A stretch of 15,342 bases of DNA from Sumerlaeia bacterium (GCA_040219255.1 JAVJSW010000074.1:1-15342); one strand, 5' to 3'. Numbered from the stretch's first letter, positions 7,501-14,804 are shown. Made by a program: numbers and translations. Notes: generated by a model from the sequence alone, not told the origin.

Positions 7501-10500
7501 ACTGGCCGCCGGGGATCGGAGTCGGTGTGGGGGTCGGGGTTGCGGTCGGGGTTGCAGTCGGGGTCGGCGTGGCGGAGCCACCCAGGCCAACGACGGCGAA
7601 GGGTTCGGTGTAGGTGTCGTAGCGTTCCCATTCCACCGGCGAGTTGGAGGGTGTAACGCCCTCGTCGTTGGTGGTGGCGGGATCGTTGGGCAGAGAGTCG
7701 ACGCCGGCGAAGAGCGGGCCGTCGCCATGGGCCACGAAGAGACCAATGGAGGTTGTGTCGAGGTCCGGGTTGCCGATGAGGGCGAGGGGGATCTGGACCT
7801 CGAAGAAGGTGTCGCGAGACGTATCGTGTGCGCTCAGGTCTTCACCGCTCGGCGACACCATCGGTCCGCCCGCATTGTGAAGCGAGGAAGCGCCATCCAG
7901 GCCGGGGTGATCCTGGTAGATCTGTCCCGGAGGCCCGTAGGCCGTGTTGTCCGCGTCCCAGCCACCGATATAGGGGGTGAGGAAGGGGCCCTGGAAGAAG
8001 TTCGAAGCGAAGACGACCTGGTAGTCGGGCAGGTTCGAGCCGTTGAAGCCATGGCCCTTGCCCCACATGTCGCCATTGACGAGGTCGACGCCGTAGCCGC
8101 CGGGCACCGTATCGATGAAGATGGCTTGAGGCATGTTCATCGAGGTGGGAGGCGTGCCGTGCGAGGAGCCGGCGTTGGCCGGATCCTTGATGTCGATCAC
8201 GTCGACGATCTGAATGCCGACGTAGAGGTAGTCGTCATCCCACGCCGCATAGAGCGTCGTGTAGTCGAACTGGGTTTCGTGGGTCGACCAGGCGCCGTTG
8301 ACCACGTTGGCGTGATCGAAGGTGTGATCGTAGGCGACGATGTTGTCCGCGGTCCATTCGCTCGCGGTGTTGACGCCGTCGATGCTGATGGTCTTGCGCG
8401 ATCCCTGGTTCGGGGCCGGCAGGCCGGCCAGAGCGGGCTCGATGCTGGGCGACGCGATTGCCGCGGTGGGGGTGCTGTCCTCGCCGACCTTGACGCCGTC
8501 GACGTAGAACTCGACGCGATCGACAGCGGTTTCGTCCTGGGCGTTCGCGAAGACCGTGAACTCACCGGAGAAGCTTTGACCGTCCGCCGGGGACGTGATC
8601 TCGACGGTCGGATCGCCCGGTTCGGGAGTCGGCGTCGGGGTCGGTGTCGGAGTCGGCGTTTGCGTCGGAGTCGGCGTCGCCGTTTCCGTCGGTGTGGGGG
8701 TCGGAGTCGGGGTTGGGGTCGGCTCGCCGCTGATGGCGAAGGCCCAGTCGGCCGTCTCGTTGTTGTCCCAGACGGTGCCGCCGCTGTTGAACACGAGGTT
8801 CATTTCGGTGACGCCCTGGGGCAGTTCGATGATCGTCATCCAGATCGCACCGGGATTCGAGCCGGCCATGGCCGCCGTGGTGGCGGGCACGGACCAACCG
8901 TCGAAGCTGTAGTGGGCGTTGACACTGGTGGCGGACTCGAGCGGGCCGCCGGTCGGATCGTAGTAGATCGTGAGCGCTTCGCCCGCCACGCCCGGGTCCG
9001 GATTGATGGCCGCGCGGCCAGGAATCGGCGTCGGGGTCGGCGTCGGCGTCACGAACCCATCGGTCGTGAAGGCCCAGTCCTGATCATCGTTGTTGTCCCA
9101 CAGGACGACGAAGGGAGGCATGGCCGCGTTGTTGAAGACGAGGTCGATCTGAGTGGCGTTCGCGGGCACGATGTAGCTGACTTCGAAGAAGCCGCTGCCG
9201 TTGAGCGTCATGGGACGGGACACGGCCGGTTCGGCGTAGCCGTTGATGCCGGTCCAGGCGTTGACGGTGGACTCGCCATCGAGCGGACCGCCCGAGGGAT
9301 CGTAGAGAACCGTCACGGTCTGGCCCACCAGCGGCGGGTTCGGAACGACGGTCACACGGCCGGGGATCGGCGTCGGGGTCCCTGTCGGAGTCGGCGTGGG
9401 CGTCGGCGTCGGGGTAGCGGTCGGCGTGGGGGTCGGGGTGGGGGTTGCGGTGCCGGTCGGGGTTGCCGTCGGGGTCGGTGTCGGCGTGGGGGTCGGTCCG
9501 TCGGGACGGGTGATCGCAACGCTATAGTCGATGTAGTCGCCGGTTTCCTCATAGAGGCGGACCGTGATCACGTCGTCGGTGGGTCCGAGCGGCACATTCA
9601 GGCGCCACTCGCGCAGGCCCGGGTCGTTCATCTGGGAGAATTCCGCCGGTGAACGATCCACCACGAAATCCGTATCGGCGACCACGAGAGCGTTGTCTTC
9701 CGTGTTATCGGTGGTGATGACGACTTCCACACTGTCGGCGTCGACGAATTGGGCGAAAGCCGGGGCCTTGATGGTGGCCTGGGGCCGTTCGCGGTTCACG
9801 TAGACGGTCTTGCGGATGCTGCTCCAGATCGGCGCGTGGCTGCCCACGCCATAGTCCAGGATCATCACTTCGATGAAGTGGTATCCGTCACCCAGCTCGG
9901 TCCAATCCAGGGTGATGCGGTACTCACCGGTGCCACCTTGGGCGGAAACGCTCTCCATGGTGAAGCGGTCGCTGCCGCGCAGGTCGCCTTGGATGACGTC
10001 CAGGTTGCCGTCGCCATTGACGTCCTGGCCGCTATTGACGCGCAGGACGGCGAAGTCTTCCGTGCCGTCGGTTTGCAGAACCAACTCGGAGGAGTTGGCG
10101 CTGGTGGTCCAGATGTCGTTCAGGCGGCGCAGCGCACGGTCGGTGGGCGTCGGGGTGGCGGGCAGGGTGTCCGCCGGGATGACGCTCGAGTTCGAGAGGG
10201 TCAGGCTGAGGGCCTGGGGAGTTGTCGGAGCGTAAGCCACGTAGCCGAGCTGCTCGTTGTTGTTGGGGATGCGGATGGTGACCGACTGGTCGGCGCCGAC
10301 GGTGAGGGTTTCCGGAATATCGGCATAGCGGGCGCCATTGCCGGTCATCTCGAACAGGGTCACGCCGGGGGCGAACTGGGTCTGAACCGTCGCCTGCGCG
10401 TAGCCGGCGTAGTTGCGGTCGTTGATGCCCCAGAGCAGGCTGGCGTCGTGCTCGAGGACCAGGAAATCGGGGTCTTCCCAGCGGCTGAACATGGTGCCGC

Positions 10501-13500
10501 GGGCGAAGCGGCGGCGCAGGTCCACCAGGGTGGTGATCACATCGCCGTAGTCACCGAGCGCGTCGCCGCGCGATCCGGCTTCGCGGGGGAAGGGCTGGCC
10601 GTCGCTGCCGGCGGGCTGCGGCCCGTTCTGCAACGCATTGTGGTAGAGGACCGAGTAGCCCTTGCGAAGGATCATGTAGGCTTGGGCGATATTGCTCCAA
10701 CCGACAGCATCCTTGTCGTGGCTGCTGGCGAAGCGAACGCCAGCGGTGCCATCGAGGCCACTGCCATCGGTGTTGTCGTAGGTGTTCCAGATCAGTTGGC
10801 GCAAGTCGCCCGCCCCATTGGCCCCGATCACGCCTTCCGCGGCGAAGATCAATGGGAAGTCGAGGTTGTCGCGGTTGCCGAAGCCATCGCGGCGGCGGTA
10901 CGCATCCAATTTTCCGTAATCTCCATCGAAGATTTCGTTGAACACGAAGGGAGTTTCCCGGGTGCCGTCGGGAAGAAGGCGGCCATTTTGATACAACAGA
11001 TCGTCGAAGTAGTTGTCCCAGAACCAGGTGGGCATGTGCTTGGTGGCGTCGGTGCGGATACCGTCGAAGCCAATCACTTCATTCGAATAGGCCACCCAGC
11101 GCAGCAGAAGAGCCGTGGCGTTTTCCTCGACGGGGTCGCCGCCAAGCGGGTTGGTCAGGTTGAAGCCGCTGCGGGTCAGGACGTCACCCGGAGCCGGGTT
11201 CAAGTCCGGATAGAAGCGGCGGTGGTTCTCGGTGATGGGCTTGAGTAGAAGGCCGGCGCCGGGGATGTTGCGGCTGTCGCTGGCGTCCACCGGCTGGCGG
11301 ATGAACAGGTGGTTCTTTTCCTGAGCGATGTCGATCAGGTTCGCCAGCGAGCAGGTCTGCTCGTTGCCGGCGTTGCAGTCTTCCTTGGGACGGAAATCGC
11401 CCCATTCGTCGAAGCCGTTGCCGTTCTCGCCGTTGACAGTGAAGACGAAGCCCGGGTAGCCGCCGATGTCGGCGAAGGAGTCGAACTTCGTGCCGAAGCT
11501 GTTATGGTTCAGAATGGCGTCCAGATAGACCGCCACGCCCGCCTTGTCGGCGTTGGTCAACACGTGGTCGAGACCGTCGAGGTGGCCGTAGCGGGTCGTC
11601 TGGCCCGCCGCCTGACCGAAGTCGAAGCGGTCGAAAATGTCGTAACCGATGCTGAAGCCGGAGCCGGCGCGTGACGGCGGAGGCAGCCAAAGGCCTTCGT
11701 AACCGGCGGCGAACACGTCCGCCATGCGGCGCGACACGTTGTCCCAGGTCAGTTCGTAAAGCTGAAGGATCATCGAATCGCTCAGCATGATGCCGTTCAG
11801 GTCGAAGCCCGGACCCGGAGTCGGGGTCGGCGTCGGCGTGGTGGTCGGTGTCGGAGTAGGGGTGGCTGTCGGGGTCGGCGTGGCCGTCGGCGTCGGCGTC
11901 GGATCGCCGGTCGTCGCGAAGGCCCAGTCCTGGCCGCTGTTGTTGTCCCAGACGTTGTTGTTATTGTTGAAGACCACGTTGATTTCCGTGGCTGTGCTGG
12001 GAACGGTGAACGTGTACTCGAAAATGCTCGAGGTTCCAATGCGGGTCATCGGCAGCGTCGTCACGCCGGTCCAGCCGTTATAGCCCAGGTGAACGTTCAC
12101 TGTTGTAGTGCCGGCGATCGGGCCACCAGTCGTGTCGTAGGCGATGGTCGCTGTTTCATTGCGAACGGCGGGGTTCGGGGTAATCGCCGCGCGGCCCGGA
12201 ATCGCCGTCGGAGTGGGCGTGGGGGTCGGGGTCGGGGTCGGTGTCGAAGTCGGCGTGGGGGTTGGGGTCGGGGTCGCCGTGTTCGTGGGAGTCGGCGTCG
12301 GAGTCGGCGTCGCCGTGCTCGTCGAGGTCGGCGTGGGGGTCGGGGTGGCTGTCGGCGTGGCTGTCGGCGTGGGCGAGGGCGTCGGAGTCGGGGTCGGCTC
12401 GGTGCCGTCACTCGTCGAGATATTCCAATCGGAACCGCCGTTGTTATCCCAGATACCGGCGCCGTTGTTGAAGACCAGGTTGAGTTCCAGGGCTTCGGCG
12501 GGAACCGCGTAAGTCACTTCGAAGAGACCGTCGCCGATGCCGGTCATGGGAAGCTGCACGGCGGGTTCGGCGAAGTCGTTGAAGCCTGTCCAGGCGTTCA
12601 CCGTGGTCTGGCCGTCGAGCGGGCCGGTTTTCGAATCGAAGGTCACGGTCACGTCCTGTCCGCGCACCGGTGGAGCGGGAACGGTGGTGACGCGGCTGCC
12701 GCCGCCTTCGTCGGAGTTGGAGCCGTCGCCGATGTAAACGTGATAGATATCGGAGGTGGAGGTGTTGCCCAGGGCGTCCGTGGCTTCGACGTAGTAGTCG
12801 ATGAGGACGTCGCGCAGGCCGGCGATCTCGACCGAGTGCCAATCCGCGATGTAGGTCGGCAGTTCGAAGAAATCGAGCTGCGGGTTGTTGTAAACGTTGC
12901 CTTTGGGGAATTCGCGGCGGTCCATCGGAAGCGTCAACCAGGAGCCCACTTCGGAGCCACCGGCGAACGTTTCGTTCTGGTTGCTGGAGAGCGGATTCGT
13001 GCCGTCGGCGTCGATGCGGTACTTGAGCACCGCGTTGGCCGGGCCGTTCACGTCGCTGATGAAGGTGTAGACGTGGAAGTCGCCATCGTCGACGAATTGC
13101 TTGTACTTGTACTGAACGCCGAAGTTGGTGCTGCCAGGGTTCCAGGGATGACGCTGGAGCGGCGCGATGGTCGGCGGGGTCAGATCGCCGGAGCCGTCGC
13201 CGATAATGCTGTCGGCATGCTCGACGGCTTCGTTGGCGCCGATGGTGGCTTTGATTTCCAGGTCCAGCACCGCGCCATAATAAACGTTACCCGAGTCCAG
13301 CGAGCCCAGGTGATAATGCCAGGCGCGCTCGACCGGATGGGTCGAGCCGTCGGGGTTCATCACCTTCTGCAGGTTCGGCGTGTGGCCGCTGATCTGCTGA
13401 GCCGTCAGGACGCGGTTCAATGTGGCGTGGAAAATGCCGAGGTCACGGATTTTCTCGTTCCAGCCATTGACCGGATCGACTGTTCCGTCGGACGCGACCG

Positions 13501-14761
13501 GCGGGTAGTTCCAGTTAATAAAGGAGGGGGAACCGAAATCGCCGTCGGCGTTCACCCAGCCGCCGTCTTCCACATGGATGACGTTGCTGGGGTCCGGCGG
13601 GAACTCGTCCAGGTACTGCTGGATCGCCGTGACCTTGTTGCCCTGGCCGCCAGCGCCTCCCGCCAGGTTCGGCACGCACTCGTTGTAATACGAGTACCCG
13701 CCGCCGAAGGCGTTGTCGCCGTCGTGGCAGAGGACCACGAGGCTGGGCTGAGCCGGGTTGTTCTTACCGTTGAGCGCCGTCAGGAAGCCCGCGCCAAGAC
13801 ATCCGTAGCCGTCTTCCCAGGAATAACCCTGGTCGCTGGGCACGACAATGATCTTGGACTCCTGGCCCGTCACCGGATCGACGCGCTTGGCGTAGGCCGG
13901 CTGATAGGACAGAGGGTTGGCGTTCACCGGAGAGCATCCGCGGCTGATCGTCGTGCGAATAAAGTCCACGCCCAGCGGGTTGATCTGATCGGCTTTGTTC
14001 GGCGGGTCGCAATTGATGCCGCCGCTGCCGTAAACGACCGGGAAATCAGGGCAGGCGCGGGCGATGTGCTCGCCGCTGACGATGGCCCATTCGATTCCCA
14101 GGTCCTCATAAATCGGGATTAAGCGCGTCGAGAAGCACATTTCCGTCGGGAAGGTGCCGCTCGACAAGGCGTCCGCCCCGAACTCCTGAATCACCTTTTC
14201 CTTATGGAGACGCAGTTCCATCTCCACCGTTTCGTCGGCGTGCAGAGGGAGAAGTGCGTGATGATAACTGAACTGGACGATGTCCAGGCGGGGAGCGCCG
14301 CTGCCGGTGCTCCACTCGTTGGCCTGGTTGATCGCGCCGTTCCAGCCGGCCGAATAGCCGCCCCAGTTAGCGTCGCCGAGCGAGTTGACGTTTTCCATCA
14401 ACGCGCCCGAGTAGCTGGTGCTGGCGCCGGAATCCGGGTGGCCGCCACCGATGGCTCCTAGAGAATCCCGCATGCGGTACTGGTATGCCGCGACGCGATC
14501 CTCTTTGCCGAAAATCTCATCCAGGTCGTTTTCCGGATAAGCCGCACCGCCGTATTTTTGCTGGAGCGAATCGTGAGCGTATTCGTAGCGGTCGCCGAAG
14601 CTCCCGTTACGCGCCTGATCGTTCCAGTAAATCGGTTGGTGCATGTGCCAGTGCCAAGTCACCTGCGGATTCGTGTTCTGGGCAGGGGCCGGGGCGGTGG
14701 CCGATGCCAGAAAAGCGATCGCGGCGACGGAAGCGAGGCTGTTTGCAGTTTGTTGTCTCAT
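4523..14761 (-). CDS. Giant secreted multidomain alpha-glucan-active enzyme (~3412 aa): GH57/GH119-like + GH13 + GH57 catalytic modules, 4 CBM25/CBM53-like modules, CBM74-like, Ig-like and DOMON-like domains, Pro/Thr linkers
   Basis: Uninterrupted frame. The ATG at 14761 has AGGGAG about 7 nt upstream and begins a signal peptide (MRQQTANSLASVAAIAFLASATAPAPA|QN), so it is preferred over the TTG at 14821. GH57-type motifs: WHMHQP, FPTEM, HDGDN. GH13 motifs: DAILNH, GFDGIRTDATKH, FNEIFD, FASSHD. Second GH57 set: HGNQ, FWIPERV, FDDWE. Four VFN...WDNN...DW modules. Confidence 0.93.
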   Translation of the reverse strand: MRQQTANSLASVAAIAFLASATAPAPAQNTNPQVTWHWHMHQPIYWNDQARNGSFGDRYEYAHDSLQQKYGGAAYPENDLDEIFGKEDRVAAYQYRMRDSLGAIGGGHPDSGASTSYSGALMENVNSLGDANWGGYSAGWNGAINQANEWSTGSGAPRLDIVQFSYHHALLPLHADETVEMELRLHKEKVIQEFGADALSSGTFPTEMCFSTRLIPIYEDLGIEWAIVSGEHIARACPDFPVVYGSGGINCDPPNKADQINPLGVDFIRTTISRGCSPVNANPLSYQPAYAKRVDPVTGQESKIIVVPSDQGYSWEDGYGCLGAGFLTALNGKNNPAQPSLVVLCHDGDNAFGGGYSYYNECVPNLAGGAGGQGNKVTAIQQYLDEFPPDPSNVIHVEDGGWVNADGDFGSPSFINWNYPPVASDGTVDPVNGWNEKIRDLGIFHATLNRVLTAQQISGHTPNLQKVMNPDGSTHPVERAWHYHLGSLDSGNVYYGAVLDLEIKATIGANEAVEHADSIIGDGSGDLTPPTIAPLQRHPWNPGSTNFGVQYKYKQFVDDGDFHVYTFISDVNGPANAVLKYRIDADGTNPLSSNQNETFAGGSEVGSWLTLPMDRREFPKGNVYNNPQLDFFELPTYIADWHSVEIAGLRDVLIDYYVEATDALGNTSTSDIYHVYIGDGSNSDEGGGSRVTTVPAPPVRGQDVTVTFDSKTGPLDGQTTVNAWTGFNDFAEPAVQLPMTGIGDGLFEVTYAVPAEALELNLVFNNGAGIWDNNGGSDWNISTSDGTEPTPTPTPSPTPTATPTATPTPTPTSTSTATPTPTPTPTNTATPTPTPTPTSTPTPTPTPTPTPTAIPGRAAITPNPAVRNETATIAYDTTGGPIAGTTTVNVHLGYNGWTGVTTLPMTRIGTSSIFEYTFTVPSTATEINVVFNNNNNVWDNNSGQDWAFATTGDPTPTPTATPTPTATPTPTPTTTPTPTPTPGPGFDLNGIMLSDSMILQLYELTWDNVSRRMADVFAAGYEGLWLPPPSRAGSGFSIGYDIFDRFDFGQAAGQTTRYGHLDGLDHVLTNADKAGVAVYLDAILNHNSFGTKFDSFADIGGYPGFVFTVNGENGNGFDEWGDFRPKEDCNAGNEQTCSLANLIDIAQEKNHLFIRQPVDASDSRNIPGAGLLLKPITENHRRFYPDLNPAPGDVLTRSGFNLTNPLGGDPVEENATALLLRWVAYSNEVIGFDGIRTDATKHMPTWFWDNYFDDLLYQNGRLLPDGTRETPFVFNEIFDGDYGKLDAYRRRDGFGNRDNLDFPLIFAAEGVIGANGAGDLRQLIWNTYDNTDGSGLDGTAGVRFASSHDKDAVGWSNIAQAYMILRKGYSVLYHNALQNGPQPAGSDGQPFPREAGSRGDALGDYGDVITTLVDLRRRFARGTMFSRWEDPDFLVLEHDASLLWGINDRNYAGYAQATVQTQFAPGVTLFEMTGNGARYADIPETLTVGADQSVTIRIPNNNEQLGYVAYAPTTPQALSLTLSNSSVIPADTLPATPTPTDRALRRLNDIWTTSANSSELVLQTDGTEDFAVLRVNSGQDVNGDGNLDVIQGDLRGSDRFTMESVSAQGGTGEYRITLDWTELGDGYHFIEVMILDYGVGSHAPIWSSIRKTVYVNRERPQATIKAPAFAQFVDADSVEVVITTDNTEDNALVVADTDFVVDRSPAEFSQMNDPGLREWRLNVPLGPTDDVITVRLYEETGDYIDYSVAITRPDGPTPTPTPTPTATPTGTATPTPTPTPTATPTPTPTPTPTGTPTPIPGRVTVVPNPPLVGQTVTVLYDPSGGPLDGESTVNAWTGINGYAEPAVSRPMTLNGSGFFEVSYIVPANATQIDLVFNNAAMPPFVVLWDNNDDQDWAFTTDGFVTPTPTPTPIPGRAAINPDPGVAGEALTIYYDPTGGPLESATSVNAHYSFDGWSVPATTAAMAGSNPGAIWMTIIELPQGVTEMNLVFNSGGTVWDNNETADWAFAISGEPTPTPTPTPTPTETATPTPTQTPTPTPTPTPTPEPGDPTVEITSPADGQSFSGEFTVFANAQDETAVDRVEFYVDGVKVGEDSTPTAAIASPSIEPALAGLPAPNQGSRKTISIDGVNTASEWTADNIVAYDHTFDHANVVNGAWSTHETQFDYTTLYAAWDDDYLYVGIQIVDVIDIKDPANAGSSHGTPPTSMNMPQAIFIDTVPGGYGVDLVNGDMWGKGHGFNGSNLPDYQVVFASNFFQGPFLTPYIGGWDADNTAYGPPGQIYQDHPGLDGASSLHNAGGPMVSPSGEDLSAHDTSRDTFFEVQIPLALIGNPDLDTTSIGLFVAHGDGPLFAGVDSLPNDPATTNDEGVTPSNSPVEWERYDTYTEPFAVVGLGGSATPTPTATPTATPTPTPTPIPGGQYSIVLNAADYPVGAHNLEARAIDNEGNSGSDFITFNTVSVTPTPTPTPTPTATPTVTPTPTPTNTPTPTPTPTPTATPTPTPTPTPVKQITIGQGPQIGSTSGQTYYEEFQDWSASDLRAVDHHGDVRRVEDGADNARDLVAFYSHDDPARDAYFMRVDFLDLFFEAEETAVDVLVMLDFGTPSTGQVFWPAFSDTTTDHLWEVAIVVDEVGAWQIYDKDFTLLSSLTVNPSSFLGAYFRSDLDAMEFGVSRSLLTSQGWDGSSPINFQVATMGDTVELSGSDLTDIIPDDNLGDGVTNGAINSTMNGPVAKYAFVLHGNQAISQSDYIQDLVYNATVDTPNGNPTGYHRALDSARIFNVPPNIHVSATLVSSSLWAANPGQPNDGADFVHYIRDFLDGNPANGEGAIIWGVYSEHIMPFFEGQVNQDSIALNEDYLRNVFNLPAPDEHSVFWIPERVARGTTFADLTATGYQNTILDQINHLKEWFGDGQANTNGFRRHTINGVNSWMINDEPDRFKFANTDGGLWFQTREELLELALANDDQVMLVFDDWEAYAGRSFLSFNIGTDNPDNFNTNLRWIANHPWIEVVTLEELSRRGFSAIDHGTNLGLPFETYDFLDFATQNSYANWYLGSTLEEDFDGFQPFIREDLGIRTSKPFGGLTTWGQGVFGAGTIMEDVRAETFAAPAGPIKDLARLSLTTSIFETAWHDEDSAIRCEDGTYCNPDTTFNNIADFARKLQFLNTRRTGILNAAANWAAGSATAAFVQSEDIDHDEEPEYILANENVFAVFENDGGRLIAAFARTGPGGEAVSLIGNLWGFPDDDDERESTANGGARTSGLSDWWGAGAAKSYVNDLYNVTVQNGSTKGLVFTSSDGLVQKTITLANGSNTYNVSYNLSPTVTTLYIRNGLVVDFATILENGQAGLVLTEGASSVRLENTLSGAAVQIDLGTGANYNPGASDGTANSPRNQAMIHMTELFGSGNFSFGLTLEAN
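4526..6570 (-). other. Domain: C-terminal GH57 module resembling 4-alpha-glucanotransferase/alpha-amylase, with C-terminal beta-sandwich (boundaries approximate)
   Basis: FVLHGNQ (~6539-6559), NIHVSATL, WGVYSEHIMPFF, FWIPERV (Glu codon 6134-6136), VFDDWEAY (~5837-5860), WIANHPWIEVVTLEE. These are followed by EDIDHDEEPEYILANE...ENDGGRL, which resembles the GH57 4-alpha-glucanotransferase C-terminal domain. Confidence 0.72.
7586..8400 (-). other. Domain: CBM74-like raw-starch-binding module (~270 aa)
   Basis: ISIDG...EW...THE..DYTTLYAAWDDDYLY...DVID..DPAN...HDTSRDTFFEVQIPLALIG...GVDSLPNDP...PFAVVG resembles my recollection of the CBM74 pattern. Not confirmed by HMM. Confidence 0.6.
8730..9355 (-). 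other. Domains: second pair of CBM25/CBM53-like modules (~9065-9355 and ~8730-9015)
   Basis: VPANATQIDLVFNN...LWDNNDDQDW and AHYSFDGW...MNLVFNSGGTVWDNNETADW. Confidence 0.75.
10225..11790 (-). other. Domain: GH13 alpha-amylase-family catalytic domain (boundaries approximate)
   Basis: GYEGLWLPPPS..., SIGYDIFDRFDFG...TRYG, DAILNH (~11504-11521), GFDGIRTDATKH (~11036-11071), FNEIFD (~10925-10942), FASSHD (~10715-10732). The Asp/Glu/Asp triad is intact. Confidence 0.9.
11910..12690 (-). other. Domains: first pair of CBM25/CBM53-like starch-binding modules (~12415-12690 and ~11910-12190) separated by a long Pro/Thr linker
   Basis: VPAEALELNLVFNNGAGIWDNNGGSDW and VHLGYNGW...VPSTATEINVVFNNNNNVWDNNSGQDW. 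The VF...WDNN.g.D(W/Y) ending is typical of CBM25/CBM53. Confidence 0.75.
12725..14680 (-). other. Domain: N-terminal GH57/GH119-like catalytic module with trailing beta-domain (boundaries approximate)
   Basis: WHWHMHQPIYW (~14624-14656), QFSYHHALLPL, GTFPTEMCFS (putative nucleophile Glu codon 14141-14143) and VLCHDGDNAFGGG (putative acid/base Asp, ~13712-13726) follow the GH57/GH119 conserved-region order. Confidence 0.75.
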
Positions 14762-14804
14762 CACACATCTCCCTAGTGTCGTTACAAGTGGCTTTTGTAA
14801 CCTT

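Larger units (their letters stand above)
7240..12400 (-). repeat. Series of degenerate hexanucleotide repeats encoding Pro/Thr linkers (approx. 7240-7383, 7512-7572, 8620-8722, 9020-9050, 9360-9497, 11812-11902, 12197-12398)
   Basis: Runs of gtcggc/gtcggg/gtcgga/gtgggg on the + strand translate to (PT)n in the giant ORF and fall at domain boundaries. Confidence 0.92.

Noticed and set aside
7505-8472. Intein as explanation for the insertion in the Ig-like domain
   Set aside because: No Cys/Ser start with His-Asn end or LAGLIDADG motif. The insert looks like a carbohydrate-binding domain with linkers.
4517-9652. 1711-aa ORF on the + strand
   Set aside because: Antisense shadow of the giant gene. 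GC3-biased codons leave the opposite frame stop-poor, and its RRRG/RSR runs are just the reverse of the Pro/Thr linkers.
9994-10029. Dockerin domain
   Set aside because: Only one DxNxDG loop is present; the second repeat and the dockerin helices are not evident.
7240-12400. gtcggc/gtcggg repeats as CRISPR array or phase-variable microsatellite
   Set aside because: No repeat-spacer structure. The units are degenerate, in frame and encode Pro/Thr linkers.
9749-14122. Long + strand ORFs of 499 aa and 677 aa and smaller GV-repeat ORFs
   Set aside because: Antisense shadows of the giant gene with no independent motifs.
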